This document shows positions 15,187 to 25,524 of a stretch of DNA of 64,000 nt, in pieces. Source of the stretch: an uncultured Clostridia bacterium. GTDB taxonomy: Bacteria > Bacillota > Clostridia > Oscillospirales > Ruminococcaceae. Location: contig CANQXX010000005.1 in NCBI GenBank assembly GCA_947627905.1, forward strand, positions 6,925 to 70,924, read 5' to 3'. Each line of letters opens with the position of its first letter. Position 1 is the first letter of the stretch. Both the position numbers and the translations under genes were made by a program. Below the pieces are notes generated by a model. The model did no database searches. It was not told the origin of the DNA and worked only from the letters and a program-made list of their open reading frames with translations.

Positions 15187-18129
15187 GTGGTCTATCTGTT
15201 GTCAAGGAAAACGAATTTTAAGAGAATTTTGTCGGCAGCTCTCGCAGTTCTCATTTGTGTTCCTGTACTCTCCGCTTTCCCCGCTGCCGCAGACGGCGAG
15301 GAGGGTCCCCCCGCAGGAACGGAAACTGCCGCTTCTGCTGAAAGCACCGGAACGGAGCTGTTCACAAAGCAGAAAACGTACAGCGATTATTATGATGAGA
15401 TCGTCGATGTGCCAAGACCAAATGCGGAGGCTCTGCTGACATATGCAGGAAAGGACGATATTGCCGAGGCGGAAGTCACTTCCTTTGAAGGCAGGGATAA
15501 TATCGTCGTCTGGTCAAACGAGGAGGGCAGGCTCGACTTTACCGTCGATGTGCCTCAGTCCGGCGCTTATCAGATGGAGATAAGCTATTATCCGCTTGCC
15601 GACGGCGCTACTACTACGGAAGTTTCGGTCCTGCTGGACGGCGAATCTCCCTATGATACGGCTACCCGTGTTACCCTGCCGCATATATGGACGTCCGCTT
15701 ACCCCATAAGCACCGATTCCAAGGACAACGAAGTCCGTCCGCCGCAGATACAGGCTCCAAGGTGGGTAAAAACCATGGTCTATGATGTGGACGGTCTGTT
15801 CAATGACCCTCTCTACTTCAACCTTGAAGCCGGTCAGCATACCATTTCGCTTGAATCCGAGCGCGCGTCTGTGGCGATCGAATATATCAAGCTCTGCAAT
15901 ACAAACGGCTATGCTGCATACTCCAAGCCCTCCGACGCAGACCTTGCAAAAAATTCCGGCGCAGCGCCTATAAGGCTGCAGGGCGAACAGTACAGCTACA
16001 CCAATTCCCAGACCCTTTTCCCTACATACGACAGAGGCTCTTACCTTACGGAACCGTCCCACCCCTCAAAACAGCGCTATAATACGGTGGGCGACGGAAC
16101 CTGGGATAATGCGGGTCAGGCTATCACATGGGAAATGAATGTTGAAACAGCCGGATATTACAAGATCGGCATTAAAGCCCGTCAGAACGAGCTCCGCGGT
16201 CTTTATACGAACCGCAGGCTCTATATAGACGGCGAAGTCCCCAATGAAAAACTTGCTCAGATAAAGTTCCAGTACGACGATGACTGGCTCATGGTAGTTC
16301 CTGAGGACGAAAACGGCGATCCCATATATGTTTACCTCGACGCCGGCAAGCACGAGCTTACTCTCGATGTTATCCCCGGTGAGATAGGCGAATCAATGCG
16401 CAATCTGGATAAGATCGTTTATACTGCCAACCAGTATTATATGCAGATACTGATGATAACCGGTCCTACGCCGGATAAGTATACCGATTACTACGTTCAC
16501 AGAGAGATCCCGGAACTGGTAGAAACTTTCAAGATGCTTGCAAATCAGCTTATCGCAGAGGAACATAACATAGAGGAACTTGCCAATCAGAAAGGTACCG
16601 AAGCTGCCGCTCTTGAAAGACTTGCTACAGTCCTTGAAAACGGCGCAAAAAGACCTATAAAGATCCCCGATATGATCGCAAACAACTCCATAAAGGATAA
16701 CGTAAACTCCGTTTCCTCATGGATGAGACAGTACCGTGAACAGCCGCTGGAAGTGGATTTCATCGAGCTCGTTCCGGCTGACGGCGAATTTACTTCCGTC
16801 AAGGAAAAGATCGGCAAGAGCTTTGCATTCAGCTTCAAAGGATTTATAAATTCTTTCTTTGAGGATTATACCGTTCTTTCCGACGCTACGGAGGATTCCA
16901 TAAACGTATGGGTATCCCTCGCCCGTGACCAGACAAACGTTATAAAACAGATGACCGATTCCGATTATAACCCCGAACACAGCACTAAAGTTTCTATCAA
17001 CCTCGTTCAGGGCGCTATAATGGAGGCTGTTCTTGCAGGAAAAGGTCCTGATGTGGCGCTGTTTGTCGGCGGCGAATTTCCGGTAAACCTTGCAGTCCGT
17101 GATCTTATCCTCCCGCTCAACGATATGGAGGGCTACGATGAGGTAGCGGCAAGGTTTCAGGATAACGCAGTCGTTCCTTATACATTTGACGGCAATGTTT
17201 ACGCTATCCCGATAAACAGAAGCTTCCCGATGATGTTCTACCGCAAGGATATGCTTGCTCAGGTCGGCATAAGCGAGCCGCCGGAGACATGGGACGATCT
17301 TATAGATATGCTCCCCGCTATCCAGAGAAAGTATATGCAGCCCGGTCTGATACTTCCTACAATAGTTTCCGGAGGCAACTCGGTATCACCTGCTACGGAA
17401 GCCGGTCACACCTTCGCAATGCTGATGCTCCAGTCGGGCACCAACTACTATAACGAGGATCAGACCGCTACGAACTTCGATACTCAGGCGGCGGTAGACG
17501 CATTCGCAAAATGGACGGATTTTTATAACATCTATAAATTTGACCAGACTTATGACGCATTTACACGTTTCAGAACAGGCGAAGCTCCTATAGTAATACA
17601 GAATTACTGCACATTCTATAATCAGCTCAATGTTGCCGCTCCCGAAATAAAGGGACTCTGGGACTTCTGTGCCGTTCCCGGAACTCTCAGGGAGGACGGA
17701 ACGATATCTCACGCAGCAAACTCCAACGGTTCAGGTGCGGTTATACTTTCAGACTGCACCAACGTCGAGGCGGCATGGGATTTCATCAAATGGTTCACGG
17801 AAACCGACACAATGATCCAGTACGGTCAGAATGTAGAAGGCGTTATGGGTCCTCTCGGACGCTTTGACAGCGCAAACGTTGAAGCTCTCAAGGAACTTAA
17901 CTGGTCAAACAAGGATCTGGAAAAGATACTCTTCCAGATGGATCAGCTTGAAGAGATCCCGATAATTCCTTCCGCTTACGTTGTAACACGAAGCATAATG
18001 AACGCTTTCAGATCGGTAGTAAACGATAAGGAAAACGCCCGTGAAACACTTCGCTGGTACAATATCGACATCAACAGAGAGATCACGAGAAAACGTCAGA
18101 ATCTCGGTCTCGATGACGATGATGAATAA
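15187..18129 (+). CDS. 980-aa extracellular solute-binding protein with N-terminal carbohydrate-binding-module-like duplications
   Basis: Signal peptide 'ILSAALAVLICVPVLSAFPAAA'. Two similar beta-sandwich-like segments are visible ('LDFTVDVPQSGAYQMEISYYP...VLLDGE' and 'ITWEMNVETAGYYKIGIKAR...LYIDGE'). The C-terminal ~450 aa look like a family-1 ABC sugar-binding protein ('INVWVSLARDQ...YAIPINRSFPMMFYRKDML'). The start is either the GTG at 15187 or the in-frame TTG at 15199. Confidence 0.85.
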   Translation: MVYLLSRKTNFKRILSAALAVLICVPVLSAFPAAADGEEGPPAGTETAASAESTGTELFTKQKTYSDYYDEIVDVPRPNAEALLTYAGKDDIAEAEVTSFEGRDNIVVWSNEEGRLDFTVDVPQSGAYQMEISYYPLADGATTTEVSVLLDGESPYDTATRVTLPHIWTSAYPISTDSKDNEVRPPQIQAPRWVKTMVYDVDGLFNDPLYFNLEAGQHTISLESERASVAIEYIKLCNTNGYAAYSKPSDADLAKNSGAAPIRLQGEQYSYTNSQTLFPTYDRGSYLTEPSHPSKQRYNTVGDGTWDNAGQAITWEMNVETAGYYKIGIKARQNELRGLYTNRRLYIDGEVPNEKLAQIKFQYDDDWLMVVPEDENGDPIYVYLDAGKHELTLDVIPGEIGESMRNLDKIVYTANQYYMQILMITGPTPDKYTDYYVHREIPELVETFKMLANQLIAEEHNIEELANQKGTEAAALERLATVLENGAKRPIKIPDMIANNSIKDNVNSVSSWMRQYREQPLEVDFIELVPADGEFTSVKEKIGKSFAFSFKGFINSFFEDYTVLSDATEDSINVWVSLARDQTNVIKQMTDSDYNPEHSTKVSINLVQGAIMEAVLAGKGPDVALFVGGEFPVNLAVRDLILPLNDMEGYDEVAARFQDNAVVPYTFDGNVYAIPINRSFPMMFYRKDMLAQVGISEPPETWDDLIDMLPAIQRKYMQPGLILPTIVSGGNSVSPATEAGHTFAMLMLQSGTNYYNEDQTATNFDTQAAVDAFAKWTDFYNIYKFDQTYDAFTRFRTGEAPIVIQNYCTFYNQLNVAAPEIKGLWDFCAVPGTLREDGTISHAANSNGSGAVILSDCTNVEAAWDFIKWFTETDTMIQYGQNVEGVMGPLGRFDSANVEALKELNWSNKDLEKILFQMDQLEEIPIIPSAYVVTRSIMNAFRSVVNDKENARETLRWYNIDINREITRKRQNLGLDDDDE

Positions 18130-18146
18130 GAATGGAGGTATGACCT

Positions 18147-19112
18147 TTGGCTGCTGAAACACAAAAGAAGGAAATTCTGCTTCCGAATGAACGCAAAATG
18201 TCCTTTAAGGAAAGATGGCACTATACATGGCACGAGATGAAAAGGAACAAAGTGTGCTACGCAATGCTGTTCCCGTTCATGATATTCTTTATAGTGTTTA
18301 CGGTTATTCCCGTATGTATGTCGCTGCCTATCGGATTTACCGATTTCGATATGGCGCACTTCCCGCCGAAATTTGTCGGATTTCAGAACTTTTACACAAT
18401 GTTCCTTGAGGACGACGTATTCATCGGTTCGATCAGAACTACTCTTATATTCGCTATCTTCACCGGTCCTCTCAGCTACGCGATGAGCTTTATGCTGGCA
18501 TGGCTGATAAATGAGCTCCACCCGGTACTCAAGACCATATTTACGCTGATATTCTATGCGCCTTCAATGGCAGGAAATATCTACTTCGTATGGCAGCTCA
18601 TCTTCTCCGGCGACTCTTACGGATATCTCAACGCTCTCCTCAATGAGCTCGGAATAACAACTGCCGCTATACAGTGGCTCACAGACGCAAATTATGTTCT
18701 CATATGCGTTATCATAGTTCAGCTCTGGGTATCAATGGGCGCCGGCTTCCTTGCGATGCGCGCCGGCTTCCAGGGTATCGACAAATCAATGTATGAAGCC
18801 GGAGCTATCGAAGGCATAAGCAACAGGTGGCAGGAGCTCATCTACATAACGATACCTTCTATGGGACCTCAGCTCATGTTCGCGGCTGTAATGCAGATCG
18901 TTTCTTCCTTTACGGTAGATATGGTAGGAAGAAGCCTCGCAGGATTCCCGTCAACTGACTATAAGGCGCACACCATTATGACTCACGCATTTGACTACGG
19001 CTGGATACGATATGAAATGGGTTATTCTTCGGCGATATGCTTTGTGCTTTTCCTTGCAATGCTTGTCTGCAACAACATCATTTCAAAGATACTCGGCAAG
19101 TATATGAACTGA
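18147..19112 (+). CDS. carbohydrate ABC transporter permease (MalF/LplB-like)
   Basis: Multi-pass membrane protein with an EAA-type loop ('YEAGAIEGISNRWQELIYITIP'). TTG start lies 8 nt after the GGAGG at 18134-18138. Confidence 0.9.
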   Translation: MAAETQKKEILLPNERKMSFKERWHYTWHEMKRNKVCYAMLFPFMIFFIVFTVIPVCMSLPIGFTDFDMAHFPPKFVGFQNFYTMFLEDDVFIGSIRTTLIFAIFTGPLSYAMSFMLAWLINELHPVLKTIFTLIFYAPSMAGNIYFVWQLIFSGDSYGYLNALLNELGITTAAIQWLTDANYVLICVIIVQLWVSMGAGFLAMRAGFQGIDKSMYEAGAIEGISNRWQELIYITIPSMGPQLMFAAVMQIVSSFTVDMVGRSLAGFPSTDYKAHTIMTHAFDYGWIRYEMGYSSAICFVLFLAMLVCNNIISKILGKYMN

Positions 19113-19133
19113 GAAATGAGGTGAGGATCACAA

Positions 19134-20105
19134 ATGGCTAAAAAAGAAATGAAACCTTCTCAGATAAAGGCTCAGATGGAAGCGGAGAACGCTGCGGCTC
19201 TTGAAGCCCTGAGAAAAAGGCGGGAAAAAGAACACCGCAAAATGGAGAGATCCAAGGGTTCCAACAAACAGGTAGGCAAGAGCTGGAAAGACGATATCGG
19301 AATTTTTATAGTTCTTACGCTTCTGGGCTCGTTCATGCTGCTGCCGATATACATTGCCATAGTAACATCGCTGAAACCGGTAAATGAGATCTTCATTATG
19401 CCGCCGAGGCTTTACGCAATGGATCCTACAACGGATAACTTCAAGGATCTGTTCATTGTGGCAAACAACTCATGGGTACCTTTCTCCAGAAACGTTTTCA
19501 ACAGTATTTTCGTTACCGTTGTTGCAACGGTGCTCCACGTTGTATTTGCTTGTATGGCAGCGTTCATCCTTGCAAAATGCCGATTCCCCGGAGCAAAGTT
19601 CATCAACAAAGTAGTAGTTGTCTCGCTGCTTTTCACCAGCCAGGTAACCTACATCATGCAGTATATGGTAATGGCTAAGCTGGGCATGATAAATACATAT
19701 TCCGCGCTTATACTTCCTCTCATAGCTTCTTCAATGGGTCTTTACCTTATGATACAGAGTATCGGTCAGATACCCGACGCTATGATAGAAGCCGCCAAGG
19801 TGGACGGCGCAGGTCTTATGCGTATATGCTGGGGTATCGTAATGCCCAACTCGAAACCGGCTCTTATGACTATTATCATCTTCCAGTTCCAGGCAGCCTG
19901 GAACTCAAACGGCGGTTCTCTTGTATACGATGAGGCGCTCAAAACGATCCCCACCGTTGTACAGCAGATCGCTGCCGCAGGTATCGCAAGACAGGGCGCG
20001 ATCGCAGCTTCGGCTGTTGTTCTGATGATCCCGCCGCTGGCTATCTTCATCGCCGCACAGAGCAACGTTATGGAAACAATGGCTCATGCAGGTATGAAGG
20101 ATTAA
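19134..20105 (+). CDS. carbohydrate ABC transporter permease (MalG/LplC-like)
   Basis: 'IEAAKVDGAGLMRICWGIVMPNSKPAL' is an EAA loop. Ribosome-binding site GAGGTGAGG lies upstream. Confidence 0.9.
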   Translation: MAKKEMKPSQIKAQMEAENAAALEALRKRREKEHRKMERSKGSNKQVGKSWKDDIGIFIVLTLLGSFMLLPIYIAIVTSLKPVNEIFIMPPRLYAMDPTTDNFKDLFIVANNSWVPFSRNVFNSIFVTVVATVLHVVFACMAAFILAKCRFPGAKFINKVVVVSLLFTSQVTYIMQYMVMAKLGMINTYSALILPLIASSMGLYLMIQSIGQIPDAMIEAAKVDGAGLMRICWGIVMPNSKPALMTIIIFQFQAAWNSNGGSLVYDEALKTIPTVVQQIAAAGIARQGAIAASAVVLMIPPLAIFIAAQSNVMETMAHAGMKD

Positions 20106-20125
20106 AATCTGATTGGAGGGATAAT

Positions 20126-21622
20126 ATGTCAGGCTTGAAAAAGCTTCTATCTTTGGTTTCAGCCGCGGCTCTGACGGTTTCGGCGATCGCCGTGAACGCA
20201 TCTGCGCTGGAAACATATGACCCCTACAGCTATGACAGGTGGGGCGATGCAGTCGCTTCACAGGCAGGATATACCGCAGAAAAATACGTTGACGGCGAAA
20301 TGATAGGCTGCGGAAACTTTTATGAACCTGCTGACCTGTTTATTTCACACGATGATCTGATGTACATAGCCGACAGGGGAAACAACAGGATCGTTATTAC
20401 CGATCTGGATTTCAACTTCATTAGGGAAATGAAGGAATTTGACTACAACGGTGAAACACTTACGCTTAAAGGTCCTACAGGCGTTTTCGTGGATCAGTAT
20501 ACAGGCAATATCTACATATGCGATACTGAAAATGACCGGGTAATAAAATGCGACACCGAAGGCAAGGTAGACAGACTGTTTACAAAGCCCGAAAGCGAGC
20601 TTTACGATCAGGGCGTTACCTACAACCCGAACAAGGTCCTTGTAGATAAAGCCGGAAATGTGTACGTTGTTGTAAAGTCCGTTACAAAGGGCGCTGTAAT
20701 GTTTGACAAGGACGGCGAATTTCTCGGATTCTACGGAGCAAACAGAGTTGAACAGACTGCGGAGGTTCTGGCAAACGCTTTCTGGAACCTGATCTCCACC
20801 GAAGAGCAGAGAAACCGTTCTGCTAAGCAGACTCCTATCGGATTTTCAAACTTCGATATAGACGATGACGGATTTATCTTTACCGTTACCGATTCTCAGG
20901 AAACGTCCACCGACCTTGTTAAAAAGCTGAACCCAAGAGGAGACAATATCCTTGACTCCCTCGGTGCGGCGGATATGAGATTCGGCGACAACCCGCCGGC
21001 GTATTACTCGATCTACTCTAAAAATTCCAGCCTTACCGATATCGACCTTGGTCCTAACGGAGAGCTGAATATCCTCGACTTTGAGCATGGACGAATTTTC
21101 CAGTACGACAAGGAATGCTGGCTGCTGTTCATCATGGGCGGCAAGGGCTATCAGCTGGGACTGTTCCAGTCGGCGGCGGCAATAGAAAGCCACGACAACC
21201 ATATTTACGTTCTTGATTCAAGAAAGAACAATATAACCATTTTCACCAGAACGGTTTTCGGCGAGATCGTTACCAATGCGGCAAACCTTTATAACGACGG
21301 TCTTTACGAGGAATCCCTCGAGCCTTGGCAGAACGTTCTGAAATACGACGGCAACTACAGAAGAGCCTATATCGGCATCGGCAATGCGCTGTACAACAAG
21401 TACCAGTACAGAGAAGCAATGGATTACTTTGAGATATCCATAAGCCGTGACAGATACAACAGAGCGTTTGAGGGCTACCGTGATCTGTGGCTGAAAGCCA
21501 ATTACATGAAGTGTATTGTGGTAATTGTAATTCTTGTGATCCTCATTATAGTATACAAACAGCTGCGGAAGCGCGGCAAGATAGTATACCCGTGGGAAAA
21601 GAACAGAAAGGCTGGTGTGTGA
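20126..21622 (+). CDS. secreted NHL-repeat beta-propeller protein with a TPR-like region and a C-terminal membrane anchor
   Basis: Signal peptide 'LSLVSAAALTVSAIAVNASA'. NHL-like blades are visible ('YIADRGNNRIVITD', 'YICDTENDRVIKCD', 'VLVDKAGNVYVV', 'YVLDSRKNNITIF'). A TPR-like segment reads 'YRRAYIGIGNALYNKYQYREAMDYF'. The transmembrane segment is 'CIVVIVILVILIIVY', followed by KQLRKRGK. Confidence 0.8.
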   Translation: MSGLKKLLSLVSAAALTVSAIAVNASALETYDPYSYDRWGDAVASQAGYTAEKYVDGEMIGCGNFYEPADLFISHDDLMYIADRGNNRIVITDLDFNFIREMKEFDYNGETLTLKGPTGVFVDQYTGNIYICDTENDRVIKCDTEGKVDRLFTKPESELYDQGVTYNPNKVLVDKAGNVYVVVKSVTKGAVMFDKDGEFLGFYGANRVEQTAEVLANAFWNLISTEEQRNRSAKQTPIGFSNFDIDDDGFIFTVTDSQETSTDLVKKLNPRGDNILDSLGAADMRFGDNPPAYYSIYSKNSSLTDIDLGPNGELNILDFEHGRIFQYDKECWLLFIMGGKGYQLGLFQSAAAIESHDNHIYVLDSRKNNITIFTRTVFGEIVTNAANLYNDGLYEESLEPWQNVLKYDGNYRRAYIGIGNALYNKYQYREAMDYFEISISRDRYNRAFEGYRDLWLKANYMKCIVVIVILVILIIVYKQLRKRGKIVYPWEKNRKAGV

Positions 21623-21623
21623 T

Positions 21624-22253
21624 ATGCTTGATCTGACAAGAGGACAATTCGTTAAGCACGTTATTATGCACCCCTTTGAGGGATTTGAGGATCTGCGCTG
21701 GAAAAAGGCAGGTTCGATGAAAATAGCCATTGTTGTTGTATGTCTGCTGTTCGTTCAGCAGATAGCCTACAGCAGACTTTACGGCTTCCAGTATTACTCT
21801 GATTATGACAAAATGTTCAACATAGTTCCGTATATATTCAAGAGCTTTATCCTTTTCGGAACATGGGTAGTCGCCAACTGGGCGATGTGTACGCTCTTTG
21901 ACGGCGAGGGCAGCATGAAGAACATCTTCATAAATTCGGCTTACGCCCTTATCCCGTATATTTCGGCTTACCTTATAGGTACGGTAATGTCCCACTTCCT
22001 GATAAAAGATGAATATGTTTTCATTCAGGCGGTGGAAATTATCGGATTGTGCTGGAGCTTCGTTCTCCTGATATCGGGAATAAAAGCGGTACACCAGTTC
22101 ACCTTCGGAAAGACAATAGCTCTTATGCTGCTGACAATAGTGGCAATGATCGCGATACTGTTCCTGTTGGTTCTTCTGCTGACACTGTTCCAGCAGGTGC
22201 TGATATTCATATTCTCGATCTACACGGAGCTTTCATACCGGTTCAGAGTTTAA
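21624..22253 (+). CDS. Yip1-family integral membrane protein
   Basis: 'HPFEGFEDLRWKKAGSMKIAIVVV' followed by about five transmembrane segments. The ATG at 21624 lies 1 nt after the upstream stop (21620-22), which suggests translational coupling. Confidence 0.7.
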   Translation: MLDLTRGQFVKHVIMHPFEGFEDLRWKKAGSMKIAIVVVCLLFVQQIAYSRLYGFQYYSDYDKMFNIVPYIFKSFILFGTWVVANWAMCTLFDGEGSMKNIFINSAYALIPYISAYLIGTVMSHFLIKDEYVFIQAVEIIGLCWSFVLLISGIKAVHQFTFGKTIALMLLTIVAMIAILFLLVLLLTLFQQVLIFIFSIYTELSYRFRV

Positions 22254-22283
22254 TACTAAAAACGAAAAGTGGTGAAATAACGA

Positions 22284-24584
22284 ATGCAGAAAAAGATGAA
22301 AAAGCTGTTAGCTTGTCTTTGCTGCCTTGCAATGATGGTCCCGACATTTGCAGTTTCGGTAAGCTCCGATGATGAAAATGCCGCCGATACTTCTTCCACG
22401 GAAACGTCGGAAGAAGGCGAGGCTATTTCAGAGGACGATTACGCCATGGACGAGGACGAACCGCTGATTACCGACGAACAGGCAATGGCGGAAATGAAAC
22501 TGGCTGCCGAAAACAGCAGAATGGCTTTGTATTACAACGACAAGGACATCACGCTTGCAGTGGTAGACAAGAACACAGGCAAAATATGGTGGTCGAACCC
22601 GATAAATGCCGACGCTTCGGCAGGTAAAGCCGCTCAGAAACAGGAGCTTAAATCGGGCATGACGCTTATCTACGGAGAACCCTCCAAAAGGCGTACTACC
22701 ACCAACCAGAGCAAGGCGCGAAGCGACGCGACAATGCAGGTCTCCGGCAACACGATCACCGTGACATACGATTTTACGGACGCGGAAATAGTTGTTCCGG
22801 TAACTTATACTCTCAATGACAATTATCTTAGCCTGAATGTTGATACTTCAAAGATAAACGAAAAGAACAGCGACAAGATCATCACCGATATGGCGTTCCT
22901 TTCTACTTTCGGAGCTGCCGAAATGGACGAGGAAGGCTACTACGTTATCCCGGACGGAAGCGGCGCGCTGATAAACTTCAACAATAACAAAGCCGGCTAC
23001 CGTGTTTATCAGGGCAAGGTATACGGAAACGATATCACCGCCGTAAAGACCACCAAGCCCACTACGGGACGTAACGTTTATCTACCGATGTTCGGCATTG
23101 TAAAGGGAGACAGCGGAATGATGGTCGTTGCCGATAAGGGCGACACCTGCGCGACTATAAACGCTTATGTTGCCGGTCAGAAAAACACGAGCTACAATTC
23201 CTGCTACTTCGATTTTGAAATAAGAACCTCCGACGAGTTTCTTATGGGCGGCGACGCTAACCCGCTGAGAGTTTTTGAAAAGCGCGGAATACTCGTTCCT
23301 GAGATCGAAGTAAGATATTACCCCGTTTCCAACAGCGATGGCTCGGACGTTGACTATGTGGATATAGCAAATTCCTACAGAGATTACCTTACGTCCGATC
23401 AGGGCGTAACAAGATCGGACGCCGCAGGAAACAATTCGCTTTATGTTGACTTCTACGGCGCTACAATGAAACAGGAGCCTATCCTTGGTTTCCCTGTAAC
23501 GCTCCAGCATAAGACCACTTCCTTTGAGGACGCACAGAATATTCTTGAGCAGCTCAAGGGAGAGGGCGTTGAAGATATGACGGTGCAGTACCACCAGTGG
23601 ACTACCGCCGATATCAAGGAAAAAGTCGCAGACAAAGCAAAACCTGCTTCCGTTCTTGGCGGAAAGAGCGATTTCAACGCACTTATGGATTATGCAAACG
23701 CAAACGGCATAGAAATATATCCCGCGGTCGATAACCTGACATTCAAGAGCGGCGGCGGATATTTCACAATGACCGATACGACGATAAGAGTTTCAAACGC
23801 TTATTCAAGGCAGATAGTTTACGATCTTGCACACGGCGTTGAAAACAAGTATTATGATGCAATGTCTCTGCTCAGCCCGAGAAAATACGGCAAGATGTTT
23901 GAAAACCTCGGCAAGAGCTACAGCAAGGCGGGATTAGACAATATTTCCGTAGGAAGCGCAACTACCGTTATCTACGGCGACTACGGAAAGAACTCGGTTT
24001 CCAGAGAAATGTTCAAGTATAATCTTCAGGAACAGCTGGAAGGTCTTAAAAATTCCGTTCCTTCGATACTTGCCGACGGAGCAAACGCTTACGTCCTCAA
24101 ATATGTGGATCATATCTCAAACGTTCCTCTCAGTTCAAGCAAATATGACGTTTTTGATACGGAAATACCTTTCTATCAGATCGTCATGAGCGGACTGAAG
24201 CCCGTTTCCACCACCGCTGTAAACGGCGACGCCCAGATAGCGGATCTGGTCCTCAGGGCTATAGCAAGCGGTTCAAACCTGCACTTCGACTTTACTGCTG
24301 AGGAAGCAAACGAATTGAAGGATACCAAGTACGATCCCCTTTATTATGCGGATTATAAGTATTGGGTAGAGGACGCGGCAGGCTGCTATAAATTCGTCAA
24401 GGAAGCTCTTTCGGGAGTCGAGGGCGTTGAGATAGCCGAATACAATATACTGTCCGACAATGAGATAGAAACCGTTTATACCAACGGCGTAACAACGGTG
24501 GTAAATCTCAAGGACAAGACAGTGACCAAAAACGGTACTAAGATCAGCATTTACGACTATGTCGGAGAGGAGGTAATCGGCTGA
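22284..24584 (+). CDS. 766-aa secreted protein of unknown function (possibly DUF5696-type; not verifiable here)
   Basis: Signal peptide 'KKLLACLCCLAMMVPTFAVS' followed by an acidic linker. I recognised no catalytic motif. Its stop overlaps the next ATG (TGATG at 24582-24586). Confidence 0.7.
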   Translation: MQKKMKKLLACLCCLAMMVPTFAVSVSSDDENAADTSSTETSEEGEAISEDDYAMDEDEPLITDEQAMAEMKLAAENSRMALYYNDKDITLAVVDKNTGKIWWSNPINADASAGKAAQKQELKSGMTLIYGEPSKRRTTTNQSKARSDATMQVSGNTITVTYDFTDAEIVVPVTYTLNDNYLSLNVDTSKINEKNSDKIITDMAFLSTFGAAEMDEEGYYVIPDGSGALINFNNNKAGYRVYQGKVYGNDITAVKTTKPTTGRNVYLPMFGIVKGDSGMMVVADKGDTCATINAYVAGQKNTSYNSCYFDFEIRTSDEFLMGGDANPLRVFEKRGILVPEIEVRYYPVSNSDGSDVDYVDIANSYRDYLTSDQGVTRSDAAGNNSLYVDFYGATMKQEPILGFPVTLQHKTTSFEDAQNILEQLKGEGVEDMTVQYHQWTTADIKEKVADKAKPASVLGGKSDFNALMDYANANGIEIYPAVDNLTFKSGGGYFTMTDTTIRVSNAYSRQIVYDLAHGVENKYYDAMSLLSPRKYGKMFENLGKSYSKAGLDNISVGSATTVIYGDYGKNSVSREMFKYNLQEQLEGLKNSVPSILADGANAYVLKYVDHISNVPLSSSKYDVFDTEIPFYQIVMSGLKPVSTTAVNGDAQIADLVLRAIASGSNLHFDFTAEEANELKDTKYDPLYYADYKYWVEDAAGCYKFVKEALSGVEGVEIAEYNILSDNEIETVYTNGVTTVVNLKDKTVTKNGTKISIYDYVGEEVIG

Positions 24585-25510
24585 TGAAAAGACTTCATAT
24601 GTCCTACGAAAAGAAAAAAGGTCTTTACGGATACGGCTTTATCGCCCTGTGGTTCGTCGGTGCGCTGATGTTCTTCATTATCCCGCTGATACAGTCCTTT
24701 TACTACTCATTCCACAATGTAACTCCTGAAACGGGTTATCTTGCTATCACCCAGTTGGTTGACAACAAGACCGGTCAGGCAAATATGTTCCTGAACTACA
24801 AGAACGCATTCATGACGGACCCGAATTTCAGACAGTATCTTGTTGAATCGCTTCAGGATATGGCTCTTAACCTGCCGGTAATAGTAATATTCTCCCTTTT
24901 CGTTGCGATCGTTATAAATCAGAATTTCAGAGGAAGAACTTTCGCAAGAGCGGTATTCTTCCTGCCGGTAATCATTGCAACGGGTCCTGTTTACGCCATT
25001 ATCACCGGTGACCTTGAAACGGGAGGAAACAGCAGCGCAGAACAGTTCTCCACAATGTTCGAGGCGGACATGGTCGATCAGCTGCTGGAGTTTATCGGAA
25101 TATACGGCTTCGGCGATAAATTCACCGAAATGCTCACGAGCATTACTTCCGATATACTGAACCTTGTATGGAAATGCGGTATCCAGATAATCATATTCCT
25201 TTCCGCTTTGCAGGGCATACCTGCATCGGCAAAGGAAGCGGCGGCTATCGAAGGCGCTACATCATGGGAATTTTTCTGGAAGATCACTCTCCCTTACATT
25301 TCCCCGATGATCCTTGTAAACATAGTTTATACCGTTATCGACGCTTTCACCGATCCGACGAACCAGGTAATGGAACGTCTGCTGAGCGTTCAAAGCGAAT
25401 GGAAATACGGTTACTCCGCCGCAATGGCATGGAGTTATTTCGGAATAATCCTCGTGGCTCTGGGAATTATCTTCTGGATAATGAACAAGCTCGTATGGTA
25501 CGATGATTAA
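24584..25510 (+). CDS. carbohydrate ABC transporter permease (MalF-like), second pair
   Basis: Six transmembrane segments. EAA loop 'KEAAAIEGATSWEFFWKITLPYISP'. Confidence 0.9.
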   Translation: MKRLHMSYEKKKGLYGYGFIALWFVGALMFFIIPLIQSFYYSFHNVTPETGYLAITQLVDNKTGQANMFLNYKNAFMTDPNFRQYLVESLQDMALNLPVIVIFSLFVAIVINQNFRGRTFARAVFFLPVIIATGPVYAIITGDLETGGNSSAEQFSTMFEADMVDQLLEFIGIYGFGDKFTEMLTSITSDILNLVWKCGIQIIIFLSALQGIPASAKEAAAIEGATSWEFFWKITLPYISPMILVNIVYTVIDAFTDPTNQVMERLLSVQSEWKYGYSAAMAWSYFGIILVALGIIFWIMNKLVWYDD

Positions 25511-25524
25511 GGAGGTCGGAAAAA

